A DNA stretch of 64,000 bases from Octopus sinensis. Taxonomy: Eukaryota. Every line of letters begins with the position of its first letter. Positions within the stretch are counted from its first letter, which is position 1. A model generated the notes under the pieces. It was not told where the DNA came from, ran no database searches, and worked only from the letters and a program-made list of their open reading frames with translations. Positions 1 to 13,086 of the stretch are shown here, piece after piece. The stretch lies in NCBI RefSeq assembly GCF_006345805.1, contig NC_043001.1, forward strand, positions 115,506,001-115,570,000. The letters run 5' to 3'. A program made the translations under genes and the position numbers.

Positions 1-299
1 GACTATGTGGTTTGTAAGCAAGCTACTTACCACACAGCTACTCCTGCACCTATTGTTATATTTGAGGATGATCTTTATTTTCTTTCTTTTCTTTTTTTGC
101 CAAATAAACTCATACACTATTCTTATTCTTCACTTCAGGTTTATTATTGTTCTTTAGCATACCTGCAAAAACACATGTAAGATCTGACAGGCTGATTATT
201 AATTATGTAACTAGTCAATATTATTCTACTGGAAAGTAACATTATGTTCTTGCGAGGGATGTTTTCCTTTTATTAATACACTACTAAACCTCCGAGTTA

Positions 300-662
300 T
301 CATGAAAAGCATTAACCAGAAATGCCCCCCAACTGAGTCCCGCACTGATGGTATGTAAAAAGCACCATCCAAACGTGCTTGAAGCCAGTGCCCCCAACTG
401 GGTCCCATGCCGGTGGTAGGTAAAAAGCACCATCCGAATCGTGATCGATGCCAGTGCTATCTGACTGACTCCCAGCTGGTGGCACATAAAAAGCACCCAC
501 TACACTCTTGGAGTGGTTAGCATTAGGAAGGGCATCCAGATGAAGAAATCTTGCTAGATCAGATTGGTGCCTGGTACAGCCTACTGGCTTGCCAGTCCTC
601 AATCAAACTGTCCAACTCATGCCAGCATGGAAAACAGACATTAAACGATGATGATGATGATG
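300..662 (+). mobile_element. 3' UTR and (GAT)n tail of an RTE-type LINE (5'-truncated copy)
   Basis: Same sequence as the 3' end of the RTE copy at 49390-49815 (aaaagcacc repeats, gggcatccag, ccatgccagcatggaaaa...ttaaacgatgatgat). Confidence 0.8.
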
Positions 663-952
663 ATTGTGTTGTCACTTGCTATTTATTTACTGTGATACTT
701 GTTCACAACCTTTCTTCTTAACCTGTTACACCATAAAATATCTTCCAATGTGTTTTAGCTGATTTTGTTTTGTATTCTGCAGAATAAAAGAAATCTTTTT
801 TTACATGTTATATTTGTACCATATTATTGTTTTTTCTTTGTTTTTCTTTTTATACATGGACTAGAGTTAAATAGCTTTGTTTTATTATATTTAAAATGTT
901 CTGTCATTTAGTGAATAATGTTTGATTTATTTTGTAATAATTTGTCTTTTAG

Positions 953-1258
953 ATGACAATGGGAATCTTTACCCAAGTTTTGAAACACCAAATGCCATAA
1001 AGGATAAAAAATTCACATTGAAATGCAATGTTGGTTCTAGTTCAAGATTTTGGTTTACTGGAAATGGAACAATTATTGCTAAATACTATGGAATAAATAA
1101 CGAAAATTATCCTAAATATTTTGGTAGCCGTCAAGAAACTAGTTGCCAAGAGAAAATCTGCACATTGAGTATAACCAGCATTAGTTTAGATGAAGACAAC
1201 ATGAGCATTATTTGCAGTACTGGTCTCCATACAAGCATGTTCAATATTACAGTATTTG
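953..1258 (+). CDS. Internal exon A of an Ig-superfamily cell-surface protein (V-like Ig domain)
   Basis: Acceptor tgtcttttag at 952, donor gtatgt at 1259; 306 nt, phase 1-1. Encodes FTLKC...FW...CTLSITSISLDEDNMSIIC...FNITVF, with B-strand Cys, C-strand Trp and F-strand Cys. Confidence 0.85.
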
Positions 1259-1309
1259 GTATGTAATTATTTTTTTCTATTTATTGTGTGATTTTATTCT
1301 CTACATTAT

Positions 1310-1550
1310 TTACATTGTACAGATATGTATTCTCATCTTGTTTGTTACCACGTTTCGGCTGATTTACTCCCCAACCCTCATCAGGTGTCCTGGTGGAATT
1401 TTGAACCCAACCCTGGGTTCTCATTCCTAAGGTATTTTTGTTAATGTTATTACTGTTATTATTATTATTTATTCAAGACACTAACTGGAATTGAACTTGG
1501 AATTTTGGGGTTAGTAGTTTACTCTTAACCACTACACTGGATGCCCACGT
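1310..1550 (-). mobile_element. tRNA-headed SINE-like element with a degenerate minimal hammerhead ribozyme
   Basis: Minus strand: A-box-like CAGTGTAGTGG and B-box AAGTTCAATTCC, an (AAT)n linker, then GGACAC-CTGATGA-stem II-GAAACGT at 1390-1350. Confidence 0.65.
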
Positions 1551-1689
1551 GGAATAGGAGAGAGAAGAGAAGGTAGTTAAGATATGTTGGAGTCCCATCA
1601 GGTTACAAATAAATTTAAGTTGGTTGTAAAGTGGTGAGAAAGAAATACAAAGATGACACAACTCAGATACATAGATGTGTATATGTATA

Positions 1690-3720
1690 CATCATCATCA
1701 TCATCATCAATATCATTTAATGTCCATTTTCCATGCTGGTATGGTGTGGATGGTTTAATAAGAGTTGCAAGCCAGAAGACTGCAAGTCCTACTGTATGTT
1801 TTGATATGGTTTTATGGCTGGATGCTCTTCCTAATGTCAACCACTTTACTGTACCAGGTGTTCTTTATGTGGCAACGGCAGTTGTGAGGTCACCAAATAA
1901 CTTGCAAGACATAACTCCGTAAATGAGTGGGGAGTAGTATTGAGGGAGGTGGCTTTGTGCCAGATGATGAAAGGTTAGAGTATGAAGAGAGGGACAGAAA
2001 TAAGTGTCTTGCTGTAGAGGAGATACATGGCTACTCCAGGTGAAATATGAAAGAGAGAAGCAAAGGTGTGGTGAGGATGTTGTAGTACCATCAGGTTATA
2101 AGTAGTTGGTAATTAGATTGGAGAGGATGAGTGGGAAGTTAAGTTCATGAGAGTGCAAAAGAAGAGTGAATACAGGTGGAGGGAGGGAGTGTTAAGATGT
2201 GTTGTGGAGAAGAGAGGTATTCATCAGGGATAGATTGTGTGCTTATAAGATCATGAGAGTGCAAAGGGTAAGTGGGAGATAAAGAGGAAGAGAATGCAGT
2301 GAGAGGTGAATATGGGTGAAGGGAGTGGGTGTTAGGAAGATGGCAAATAGCCAGCCATCTCTTCTGTGAGGCTCAACTTCTGAAAGTCACTTTTTACCAG
2401 TTCGTTCCTAGGCCTTCCTCTTCCACATGTTCTATCCACATGTAGCAACTGGCACTTCTTTATGCTGCTGTCCTTACACATATGCATTTGTGTAGCCGTA
2501 CCAGAGCAGTCTCCTCTCTTGCACACTACACCTGATACCTCTTATACTGAATTTTTCTCTCGTCACATTTCTGCTTTGTTGTTTATTTACATCAACATTG
2601 CACATCCATCAGCGCATGCTTACTTCATTCCTTCGAACCTTCACATGTCCTCTGCATTCACAGCCCTTTTTTCACTACTGTGCTGTATAGCCATTTGTGC
2701 AATCTGTCTTTCACTCTGAGGAAGAAGCCCTTGTTAACAATCAAGAGAATAGCCTTCTGAGCTTTTCTCAGTTATTATTCTAGCTACTATGCTTTCAGGG
2801 TATCCATTTTCATTACTAATTAGGTCACCTAGGTAACAAAAATTATCTACTACCACTAAGGGTCCTCCTGAGCATTTGAGAAAATCTATTTCCTGTGTGT
2901 TCTTAGTATTTATTGTATCTGCACATCTGCCAAATACAGTGAGTACTTTCTCTTATAACTTTTCTGTGATTTGACTACACCTTTTATGTCTATAGCTTGT
3001 AATGGCTACAATGTATGGAATTTCTATCTACACTTTTTCTACATATCAAACAGGGCTATTTCCCTGAAGAGATTAGTAACTTATTTGCTTTCCTGCATAC
3101 CAAGTCTTTGGGCTATTTCCCTGAAGAGATTATTAACGTATTTGCTTTCCTGCATACCAAGTCTTTGGGCTATGCTTAGTTAAGGCCTTATGATTCCAAG
3201 CATTGCTTCCACCCCTGATATTCCTTTTTTAATGCTACTGTAAATCCAGCCATAAGAAGAAGATCGTCAGGATACAGGAGCTTCCCACATGCAACCAGTC
3301 TTAAACTCCTCTGTTATTGCTTGAAGGACTATGATGAAGAAGTGGGGACTGAGAATCAACCCCTAGTGAACCCCTACCTACCCACTAAATTTATTGCTAT
3401 ATTCATTGCTGACTTCCATACTGACCACCCAGTGAGAGCACGACGAGCCCTGTCAAACGTTCTTTCCATGTCAACATATCCTAAGTACAGTGGTTTATAT
3501 TTGACTAAATATTTCTGCAGTTACTTTACTTAGAAGATAGCATCAGCAGTAGTTGCCCTGGGACAAAAGCGAATTGCATCTCATCTTTGTTAACTATCTT
3601 CTGAATTAGTTGAATTATGACAGTTTTCTGTAACTTTCATGACCTGCTCCAGGAATATCATGCCTCTAATTACTTCGGTCTAAGCCCTTTCCTTTACATT
3701 TGTAGCAGTTGTTGGGCATG
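1690..3720 (-). mobile_element. Degenerate RTE-type LINE (3' UTR, C-terminal region, RT remnants)
   Basis: (CAT)n tail at about 1691-1710. Minus-strand translation gives CKDSSIKKCQLLHVDRTCGRGRPR, matching the RTE C-terminus of other copies in the window. Interleaved with purine-rich DNA. Confidence 0.65.
3053..3173. repeat. 57-bp tandem duplication
   Basis: gggctatttccctgaagagatta...accaagtcttt occurs twice (starts 3053 and 3110). Confidence 0.85.
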
Positions 3721-3939
3721 ATACTTTCGTGGACAACCTGATTAACCATACCGAGTGCCATGTAAAAGACACATCTGACCCATTCCAGCATGATAAATGG
3801 ACATTAAACGGTGATAATGATGAAGATGATTGTGGTAATTCCTGAATAACCAGGGGATTTCCTTGTCTTTATAGCCTTTATTCCTGTATCTGACTTACAG
3901 CTCTCAGTTCAGATACTGAGTCTCTACTAAGTTCACTTC

Positions 3940-6620
3940 AAAAAGACTCATGCTGGCATGGGTTGGACAGTTTGACCAGAGCTGGAGAGCTGCACCAGGC
4001 TCTAGTCTAATATGGCATGGTTACTATGGCTGGATGTCCTTTCTAGTGCCAACCACAGAGTGTCCTGGGTAATTTTACATGGCACTGGCACAGGACTCCT
4101 GCAGGCCAATTCTCTTCACCAGAAGGACAAGTATTAACAATTCTACTGTGGAGCATGGGGCTTCTTCAGTACACCAAGGTACCAAGCATTTCAGTCCTTT
4201 GTCATCTTACCCGAAAAGTTTCGCATCCTGAGGTCGTCTTTAGTACCCATGTCTTCCTGAGTGTCCCATTTCAATGTGTTCTGTTTACTTAGGGAGACTA
4301 GCACTTTTTTATGGAGTGTCAGCATCATTGTTCATCACAGGACAAAACCAATGCAGTCTTCTTCCTTGCACAGAGTATCTAATTCATCTTAAGCTTAACT
4401 TCTGTCTCAGTACACTAGCACTCTGTCAAATATGTATGTTTGCATTACACATCCAACAGAGCATTCCAGCCTCATTCCTCTCTAACTTTTGCATGTCCTC
4501 TGCATTCAGGGCCTACATCTCACTAGCATGTAGAATGTCTGTGTACACGCACCATACAATCTTCCTTTCACTTGAAGAGAAAAGCCTTTCATAGCTAACA
4601 AACGTAACAGCTCTCTGAATTTCCTCCACCCTATTCTTATTCTAGCTATCACACTCTGTGCATCCTCCTCCACTCCTAACTTGGTCCTACTATCTCTAAT
4701 GAGCCACCAGGGCTTTTGAGAGAATCAATTTCCTAAGTCTCTATAGTTTTTATGGATCTTGTGCTTTTCAGTGTATGAATATTACCTTCTCTGATAAACT
4801 TCCTGTTAATCCACTGCACCTCTTGTGTGTCCATAGCTTATACCGGGTACACCATACAGAGTTCTTACCAACACTTTTCCCAGAAATCAAACAGGGACAC
4901 CTACTTGAAGCAGGGAGGGTCCCGTCTGTTTTCTTGCTTACTGAGACTTTAGTCTTCACTAAGTTAATCCAACAGGTTCTTAGATTCCAGATTTTGCTTC
5001 AACAAGTGGAGTTTCTCTTCTAGCTCTAATGTGGAGTCTGCTATGTGGGTAAGATCATCAGTATATAGTTGTCCCAAGGGCTGCTGATCTTGAATTTCTC
5101 TGTTATGGCCTGGAGGACAATAATGAAAAGGTGGAGACTAAGGACTGAGCCTTGATGAATTTTTTGCTGGACTCATGGTTAACTCTTACCTTATTGACAG
5201 CGTTTCTGTACATAGTCTGTACAACTTCCACCAGCCACTTGTCTATCCCTAGTCTCCTCAGAGCCCACCATATCATACAGTGGGATACTTTATCAAAGGC
5301 TTTCTCTAGATCAACAAATGCCAAGTATAATGGTTTATTCTTAGTTAAATACTTCTCTTACAGTTGTCTCACTATGAAAATAGTGTCAGCAGTGCTTCTC
5401 CATCAGATGAAACTGAACTGCATTTCATCTAACCTTAATCATGCTCCTAATTAACTGAGCTATAACTCTCTAATTTTCATCACCTGGTCCAGGAGTTTGA
5501 TAATTAATTACTTCTATCTAAAGCATCCCCCTTACTGTTGTAGCAGCTAACAATAATGCTGCTACCCCAAACACTAGAATTTACATCGTCCTGAATGACC
5601 TGGTTAAATATGCAGGTGACTATCCCGTATCCTACCTTACCAGATATTTTGAGCATCTTAGCTTTTAATTGCCTTATCTACCATACTACTGTCCACTAGG
5701 ACAGCTACTCCCTCTGTTGGTTTCACATGAGGGAGACGCCTTTTATCACATTCATTCTCTACATTCAACAGTTTTCCATAGTAACTTTTCCACACCTCTT
5801 TCTTGTCGACATCATTAAATGTAAGCATACCATTATCCATTGCACACACTTGCACAATATCTTGATTCTCACTGACACTCTGTTGGTAATTCGAGCACTT
5901 CAAATCTCTTATCTTCCCATTGTAGTACATTGGCAAATCTCTTCTTTTCTGCTTCTACTCTAGCTAGATAAACCTGATGTCTAGCTTCCCTTTTAGCTTT
6001 CTAATATGATTAATTGCTACCCCCACCCTTTTATCCCATTCTTTATAGACCTATCTCTTCTCTTTTATGGCCCTGTCAACATCACTGTCCACCACCACAT
6101 CACCTTGGCCTGGCAGAGGCTTTGCTACAACCACAGATTTGGTCTGTTGCTCTTAGTAGATTGTCTCGTAGGAACTTCCATTTGTCTTGTATGTTATATG
6201 TCTCTATCTCTTCCCCCTTCTCATCAAAGGCTTCATTAAGAACATCTCTAAATCTCTGTCCTTTTGGAAGATCTTTGAGATTCTACAACATCCTTTTCTA
6301 TATTGGCTTGCATCTCTGGATCTTTAGATAAGTGATCATATGATTGGCAGGTTTTCTGAACTTGGTGTTGCAGACTGGTAAGCCATGAGCATCACAAAAC
6401 TTCAGTAATCTTCTCCCCTCCTCAGTTCTGGAACTAAAACCACAGCTTCCATGCTCACCATGAAATTCATTGGAGTGCTGTCCAACATGTCAATTGAAGA
6501 CTCCTGCAATGATGTGAATGTTGTCATCTTTCATTGTCAAGGTAGTCTGCAGATGTGGCCTTTCTGAGTATGTGAGTTTGATGTGGAACATATGCAGAGA
6601 TCACTGACACAATTACATCA
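3940..6620 (-). mobile_element. Degenerate RTE-type LINE (RT and part of the endonuclease region)
   Basis: AFVDLEKAFDKV...WWALRRLG (5103-5324), KTKVSVS...HKRC (4768-4959), KEVWKSYYGKLLNVENE (5658-5936); many stops and frameshifts. Confidence 0.85.
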
Positions 6621-6814
6621 ACCAAGGTTATTCTTAGCTTAACAATCCTATCACACTACTTCAGTCACCTTATATTTCATTTCTCTGCTAATAGAATACT
6701 CATACTACTTAGTCTGTCTTTCTTGCCCTCTCAGAAAAATTTGTATCTGTGCCCCTTTGCCTGTAAGCAGTCTAGCTGAGGTTCCCCTTCATCGTACCTC
6801 TTGGACACAACATA

Positions 6815-7660
6815 TGAGGTCTGATCAATAAGTATCCGGACTTTTGCCATAGTAACAAAGCTAAAGCACGCAGAGTGAAGTGCTTGGCACAGACTGACCT
6901 TGGCCTCTGTTGTGCATTTACACTAAGTCTTAACATTCTAGCATACGTCTGCTGTTTACAGCAGTGCTTCAAAGTAATGTGTGATCGTCGCATTGACCAT
7001 AACAGAGAAAGATGCCATGGCGATACCTACTCAGAAGCCTATGCAAAGCTGCAGAAAGTGTATGGAGAGGAGTGTATGATCCACACACAAGTGTACAAGT
7101 GGTTCAAACGTATCCAAGATGGCCAAAAAAATGTTGATAATGATGAATGTTCTGGGACACCTGCGACCAGCAGAACTGAGAAAAACAGCGCAGATGGGCA
7201 TGCAGCTGTGAGGGGAAATTGTCAAATCACTATCCATGAGTTATCAGATGTATAGATTAATTATGGTTCAGTTCAGTCCTTATCACAGAAGATTGGGTAT
7301 GGCGCATATCTACCAAGTTGTGCAATATATCTTACCAAAAGACTGTTTTGCATCCAAACTGCTTTCAGCTGACCAAAAGGACACTGAGATTTTAGTGCAT
7401 AAAATCTCCTTGTTTGTGTCGGGGAATGATGAAAACTTTTTAAAATTTTGCCATAGGCTTCTGAGCAGGTCAATGTGATGAACATACACTACACACTATT
7501 ACTTCCAAACACTGCTGTAAACAGTAGAAGTGAGCTAGAAACATAGAACATAACTTAGTGCACATGCACACAGTGGAGGTTAAAGGTGCCAAGCATCCTC
7601 ACTCTGCATGCTGTAGCTTTGTTACTATAGCAACAGTCCGGATATTATTGATCAGACCTG
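6815..7660 (+). mobile_element. Internally deleted mariner-type DNA transposon
   Basis: TIRs TA|tgaggtctgatcaataagtatccggact and agtccggatattattgatcagacct. ORF 6875-7255 has the mariner HTH region (KLQKVYGEECM...VYKWFKRIQDG...DECSGTPATS). No catalytic domain seen. Confidence 0.85.
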
Positions 7661-8719
7661 TCTCTGCTCATTCGTAGAAACTAAGGAGTTTTGAAGAATG
7701 CTTTCAATTAATGAAAGAGAAAGATTTTTTTAGGGTCACATGCCTAGAGGCGCAGGTCCTTGTGTTTAGTGTCAAAAAAAATAAGTTACAATTGCAGTTT
7801 TAATTTCCTTCAGTGCCGGAAAGCCTTCATTCAAGTGTATGCACATACATTACAAATATGTTCCTACTTCTGTGTACATGCTCATGGGTCAAAAATCAAA
7901 AAAATGTAATAAAAGATATAAACAATGCATTTATACATATGCTTGAGTCACTTTTGCAGAGTTGATGGTGACTGAGTAGTGGGTGGGTATTAGAAATGGA
8001 TTCAGTGGATATTGCATGATAGAATATTTCCACCATGAAATTACCAATCTAAGTTGAAATAATTTGTCAGTGAGTAGAGAGATGAAATATTGAGATTATC
8101 TTATCCAGATCTGAAATAAAACTGCATATTTTTATAGAGCAAGAGAGAGAAGTTAGTTTGGTATCAGTTTGTTGTGTATTTGCCTATCGATATTGAAAAT
8201 AAAGAAAATTTCAATCATTCAACCACATAAGGAAAGAGAAAGTGGGATAGAATTGATATAAGCATGAATTTCACAATGGAAGGCCAACAACACAAGTTCT
8301 TTTAGTTTTTGTATTGAATGGCTGCTGTGATGTCATAAATTTTACTGACATTAGCATTTCTAGGATAACTTCTGAAAATACCAAAACTTGTCTGTGAATC
8401 TGCTACTTTGTTGTGTGTGATTTCTTAATTAGCCTAAAAATATTGCATGGCACTTGAAAATATGCAATAACTTAGTATCAAATGTGGGAGTAGAAGAGAG
8501 AAAGATAAGGACAGTCAGAGAGAGAGAGAGGGGGACCTATCCAAAGAGAATAATGGTGAGGGGTGATATTTAAAGGTATAACAAGTAATGGTGAGAACTA
8601 GAGAGGCCTGAAGCAGATGGTAGGGTTGTTAGGGAGGTGGATTGTGGTTGGATTTTGCCAGAGGATAGAATTATGTGTGTATGTGAAGGTGGAGCTATGG
8701 TTGTAAAAGTTATGCCTGT

Positions 8720-10085
8720 ATGTATAGATGACCATTATGTTATTTAGCTTGATGTGTCTCCTCAAGCACAACAAATCACCAGAAGTCTTGCTCCTTGTTA
8801 TCTTCTCAAAGAGAGTCTACCTCTGTAAATCATTTCTCACCAGCTTGTCCCTTGTCTTTCTGGCTTTTACCCCTTTATAGGTTCCTGCACAGACAGAGAT
8901 TAGAACTTCTTTATGCAGCTGTCCTCATCCATTACAGTGTAGCCTTCTCTCTTCCATACTATACTTCTCTCTTCAATACTCTTATACCCAGATTTTCTCA
9001 TAAATCAATTACACTCTCTCATATATGCACGCTAACATTACCCATTCGGTGGAATAGGCTGACTTCATTTCCTTCAAGCCTTTGCATGTCCTCTGTAGTC
9101 AGAACCCATATTTCAACAGCCATGTAGCATAGCTCTTTTTTACCAACAAAGGTAGCAGCTCTCTAGATATTGCCTAGTCTGTTCTTATTCTAACAACTAT
9201 GCCTTCAGAGCTTCCTCCTTCACTACTAACTTGGTTACCTAGGTAACAGAAACTATCTATTACTTCTACAGACCCTTCTAACATTTGAGAGAGTCTGTTT
9301 TCTGTACCTGCACATTTACCACACACAAAGACTACTTTCTCTGTTAATCTTCCTGTAATATTGCTGCACCTCTAGTGTGTCTGCTAGACCCGTAGGTGAA
9401 TAGGTGACTAGCAGGTTTCCTGAATTAATATTACAAATCATAAGATCATTGCATCACAGAATTTCAGCAGCCTGGTTCCCTCCATAGCACCACCATGCAC
9501 ACCATGGAAGTCCCCTGGATGTTGTCCAACATGCCCATTGAAGTCGCCAGCCACAAAGAGAAGGTCCTTGTCATTTGTTCAATATTGTAGTCTGTAAGAG
9601 GGTATCATAACATCGGTCTTTCTGTTCATCAGGTAGCCCAGCTGAGGGGCATAAGTCAAGATAATGGTTGCTAATCCTGTTGCGGTACTAATCTAAGCTT
9701 AAGTATTCTGTCATAGTCTCTGACTACCTTGATTACCTAATCAACCCATTTGTCCGCAAGAAGTATACCCACACCCCTGACCCCATCAGTGTTGTGTTCC
9801 CAGAAAATCTTATACCTTATACCTTCTTTGCCTTGCTGTGAGGAACCTAGCAGAACTTCCTCTCCAATCTTACTACTTGGATACAGCACAAATCTACACG
9901 TCTCCATTCAAGCATTTCAACAATCTCACCAGCCCTACCTTTTAATGTGCCAATATTAAGTGTACCAACTCTGAGGTTGTGGAAGGTATGGGCCTGCGAG
10001 ACCCTGGGGTGGGGGACAGCAGCATCATGTGCCTGAAAAGAAAGCTCGCATTTGACAGAACTATAAACATACAATAGACTCCTAC
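8720..10085 (-). mobile_element. RTE-type LINE fragments, including the 5' end and start of the APE endonuclease
   Basis: LRVGTLNIGTLKGRAGEIVEMLEWRRVDLCCIQ (9847-10095) is the APE N-terminal motif. C-terminal RTE fragments lie at 8720-9350. Confidence 0.75.
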
Positions 10086-10439
10086 CTGCAAACACTACAC
10101 CATCATTTTATGTCCTACATAATCACTACATTTCATAGGAGTTAAACACTAAGTAAAGATGGGGTAGCATTTAAGCCATTGGAGGTGTTTAGGGGAAAGA
10201 CATCCGATAGAGGTCAGAGGACAAAGACTTCCAGTATAGGTGGTGGGGTGGGATGGGCAGTCACAGCTTGAAACAGCAAACATTCTGGCTGCCGGTGTGA
10301 AAGAATAATAATAATGAAAACAATGATAATAAAAATAATACTAATAAAAATAATGAGATGGAATTGGACATTTGCATTCTTAACAAAAGCTATAACTAAC
10401 AGGTTTCAGTCAGTGAAACTGTGACGAAATTAAATGAAT

Positions 10440-13000
10440 CATCATCATCATCATCATCGTTTAATGTTGGTTTTTCCATGCTAGCATGGGTTGGATGGTT
10501 CGATTGGGGTCTGGGAAGCCAGGAGGCTGCACCATGTTCCAGTCTGATCTGGCAGTGTTTCTACAGCTGGATGCCCTTCCTAATGCCAACAATCCCATGA
10601 GTGTAGTGGGTAAATTTTACGTGCCACCAGCACAGGGGCCAGAGGAGGCTGGCAACGGCTACAATCGGTTGGTGCTTTTTATGTGCCACCAGCATGGGTA
10701 TCACAACTACAATTTCCATTTGATTTTCATTTTGATGTTGATATACTCCTCAAGCACAGCAGGTCACCCTACAATCCAAGGTACTTTTGAATGGGCTGGG
10801 GCTGGTTATGCGAAACTGATGTAGGATACAGGTGTGAATTCACTTTATTTGCCAGGTCTTCACAGTCAGAGCATACCTCCAGAGATCTCGGTCTTTTGTC
10901 ATTGCCTCTGTGGGCCCCAACATTCAAAGGTCATGCTTGACCACCTCATTCTGTCTTCCTTAATCTACCTCTACCCTGGATTCCTTCAACTGTTTGGAAG
11001 TGGCACTTCTTCACACATCTCTCCTCATCTATCCGTAGTACATGACCATACCAGTGCAAACGTCTCTCTTGTATGCCACAATCAATGCTTCTTATGTCCA
11101 ACATTTCTCTCAGGGCGCTTACACTCTATCGTGTGTGCACTCTGACATTATGCATCCAGTGGATCATGGTAGCTTTGTTTCTCTCGAGCCTACACATGTC
11201 CTCCGCAGTCACAGCCCATGATTCACTGCTGTGAAGCATGGCTGTTTGCACACATGCATCGTACAATCTACCTTTCACTCTGAGTGAGAGGCCCTTTGTC
11301 ACCAGTAGGGGTAGAAGCTTTCTTAACTTTGGCCAGCTTATTTTTATTCTAGTGGTAACACTCTCTGAGCACCCACCTCCCTTCCCACTACAGACTTGAT
11401 CACCTAGGTAGTGGAAGCTATCAACTACTTCTAGTTTCTTCCCCTGGAGTGTGATGGAATCTGTTTTCTGAGTATCTGTGGTGTCTATTGCCCCTGTGCA
11501 TCTGCCGCACATGAAAGCTATCTACTCAGTTAATCTTACTATGATGTTGCTGCACCTCTTATGTGTCCATAGCTTACACTGGGTACATCCTATAGAGTTT
11601 CTACCTACACCTTTTCTACAGATTGAGCAGGGCCACCTGAGGCGGTGTGTGATGTGTTCGCCTTCCTACTTACTTGAACTTTGGTCTTTGCTACATTGAC
11701 TCTAAGGCCTTTTGATTCTAAACATTACTTCCACACCTGAAATTTCTTTTCTAGTTCTGGTAGTAATTCTGCTATGAAAGCCAGGTCATCAGCATAGAGG
11801 AGCTCCCAAGGGCAACCCATCTTGAATTCCCCTGTTATTGCCTAGAGGACTATGATAAATAAAAGGGGGCTGAGGGCTGAACCTTGATGGACTCCTAATT
11901 CTACACGGAATTCTTCACTAATTGCCAATCGTAACCATACTAACGACCTGTCTGTATAGGGCCTGTACAGCCCTTATTAACCATCATCAGTCCCCAGTTT
12001 CTACATCACCCACCAAATAAGGGATCGAGGGACCCTGTCGAAGGCTTTCTCCAAGTCCACAAATGCTAAGTATATGGGTTTATCTTTAACTAGGTATTTC
12101 TCATGCAGTTGTCAAACCAGGAATATGGCATCAGTGGTGCTTCTACCTGGCACAAAACCGAACTGCATCTCATCTAATCAGACTCTCTCCCCTTACTAAC
12201 GGCCTCTCGGTATAGGGCCTGTACAGCTCTTATTAACCATTCATCAATCTCCAATTTCCATATCGCCCACCAGATAAGGGATCAGGGAACCCTGTCAAAG
12301 GCTTTCTCCAAGTCCACAAAAGCTAAGTACAAGGGTCTATCTTTAGCTAGGTATTTCTCCTGCAGTTGTCAAACCAAGAATATAGCATCAGTGGTGCTTC
12401 TACCCTGAACAAAACCGAACTGACTCTCATATAAGCAGACTCTCTCCCCTTACTAATGGTTCTCTGCTACATGCACCCTCCCAGGCTTTCCAGGCCTGTT
12501 TCTTTAGTATAATGGCTTTGTCTACCGTACTATTCCATCACCACGTAACTCTAGGTCTGGAAGGGACTTTGCACCATCCGCAGACTTGGTCTGTGGCACT
12601 CAGCAAACTGTCCTGTGGGAATTTCCAGCTACCTTCTTTGTTTTAGGACTGTAGTTCTTCTTCCCTCTCATCAAATTTCTTGATGAGGATGTCCCTAAAT
12701 CTCTGACCATTTAAAGGGTTCTTTAGCTTCCAAATCCTTCATTTTAGATTGGTCTGCTTCTTGGTAACCTTCTGGCCTCGAGCCTAAAGTCACTTATGAC
12801 TAACCTATGCTGGGGAGTACATTCTTCACCCGGGAGGATCTTTGTATTTAAGAGCAACCCTGCATCCCACTGTCTGGTGAGGATGAAAACAATCTGGCTA
12901 GCAGAGTCACCTGATTGATAGGTTATCAGGTGGCTGTTTGGTTTGCTGAAGTTAGTGTTGCAGATTAAAAGAACTCCGGTAGCCTAGTTCCTTCGTTGTT
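10440..13000 (-). mobile_element. RTE-type LINE with 3' tail, RT, an internal deletion and an internal tandem repeat
   Basis: (CAT)n tail at 10440, 3' UTR, LEVVDSFHYLG (11126-11512), ELLYADDL motif near 11790, endonuclease remnants at 12700-13000. Confidence 0.9.
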
Positions 13001-13086
13001 TCAGGAACCAATACCATGGCCCCTGTGTACACCAGTGAAGATACCCGATTCCCGCTCAACATGCCCATTAAAATCTCCATTATAAT

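Noticed and set aside
1455-1550. tRNA genes here and at other A/B-box sites
   Set aside because: No complete cloverleaf; all are SINE heads attached to repeat bodies.
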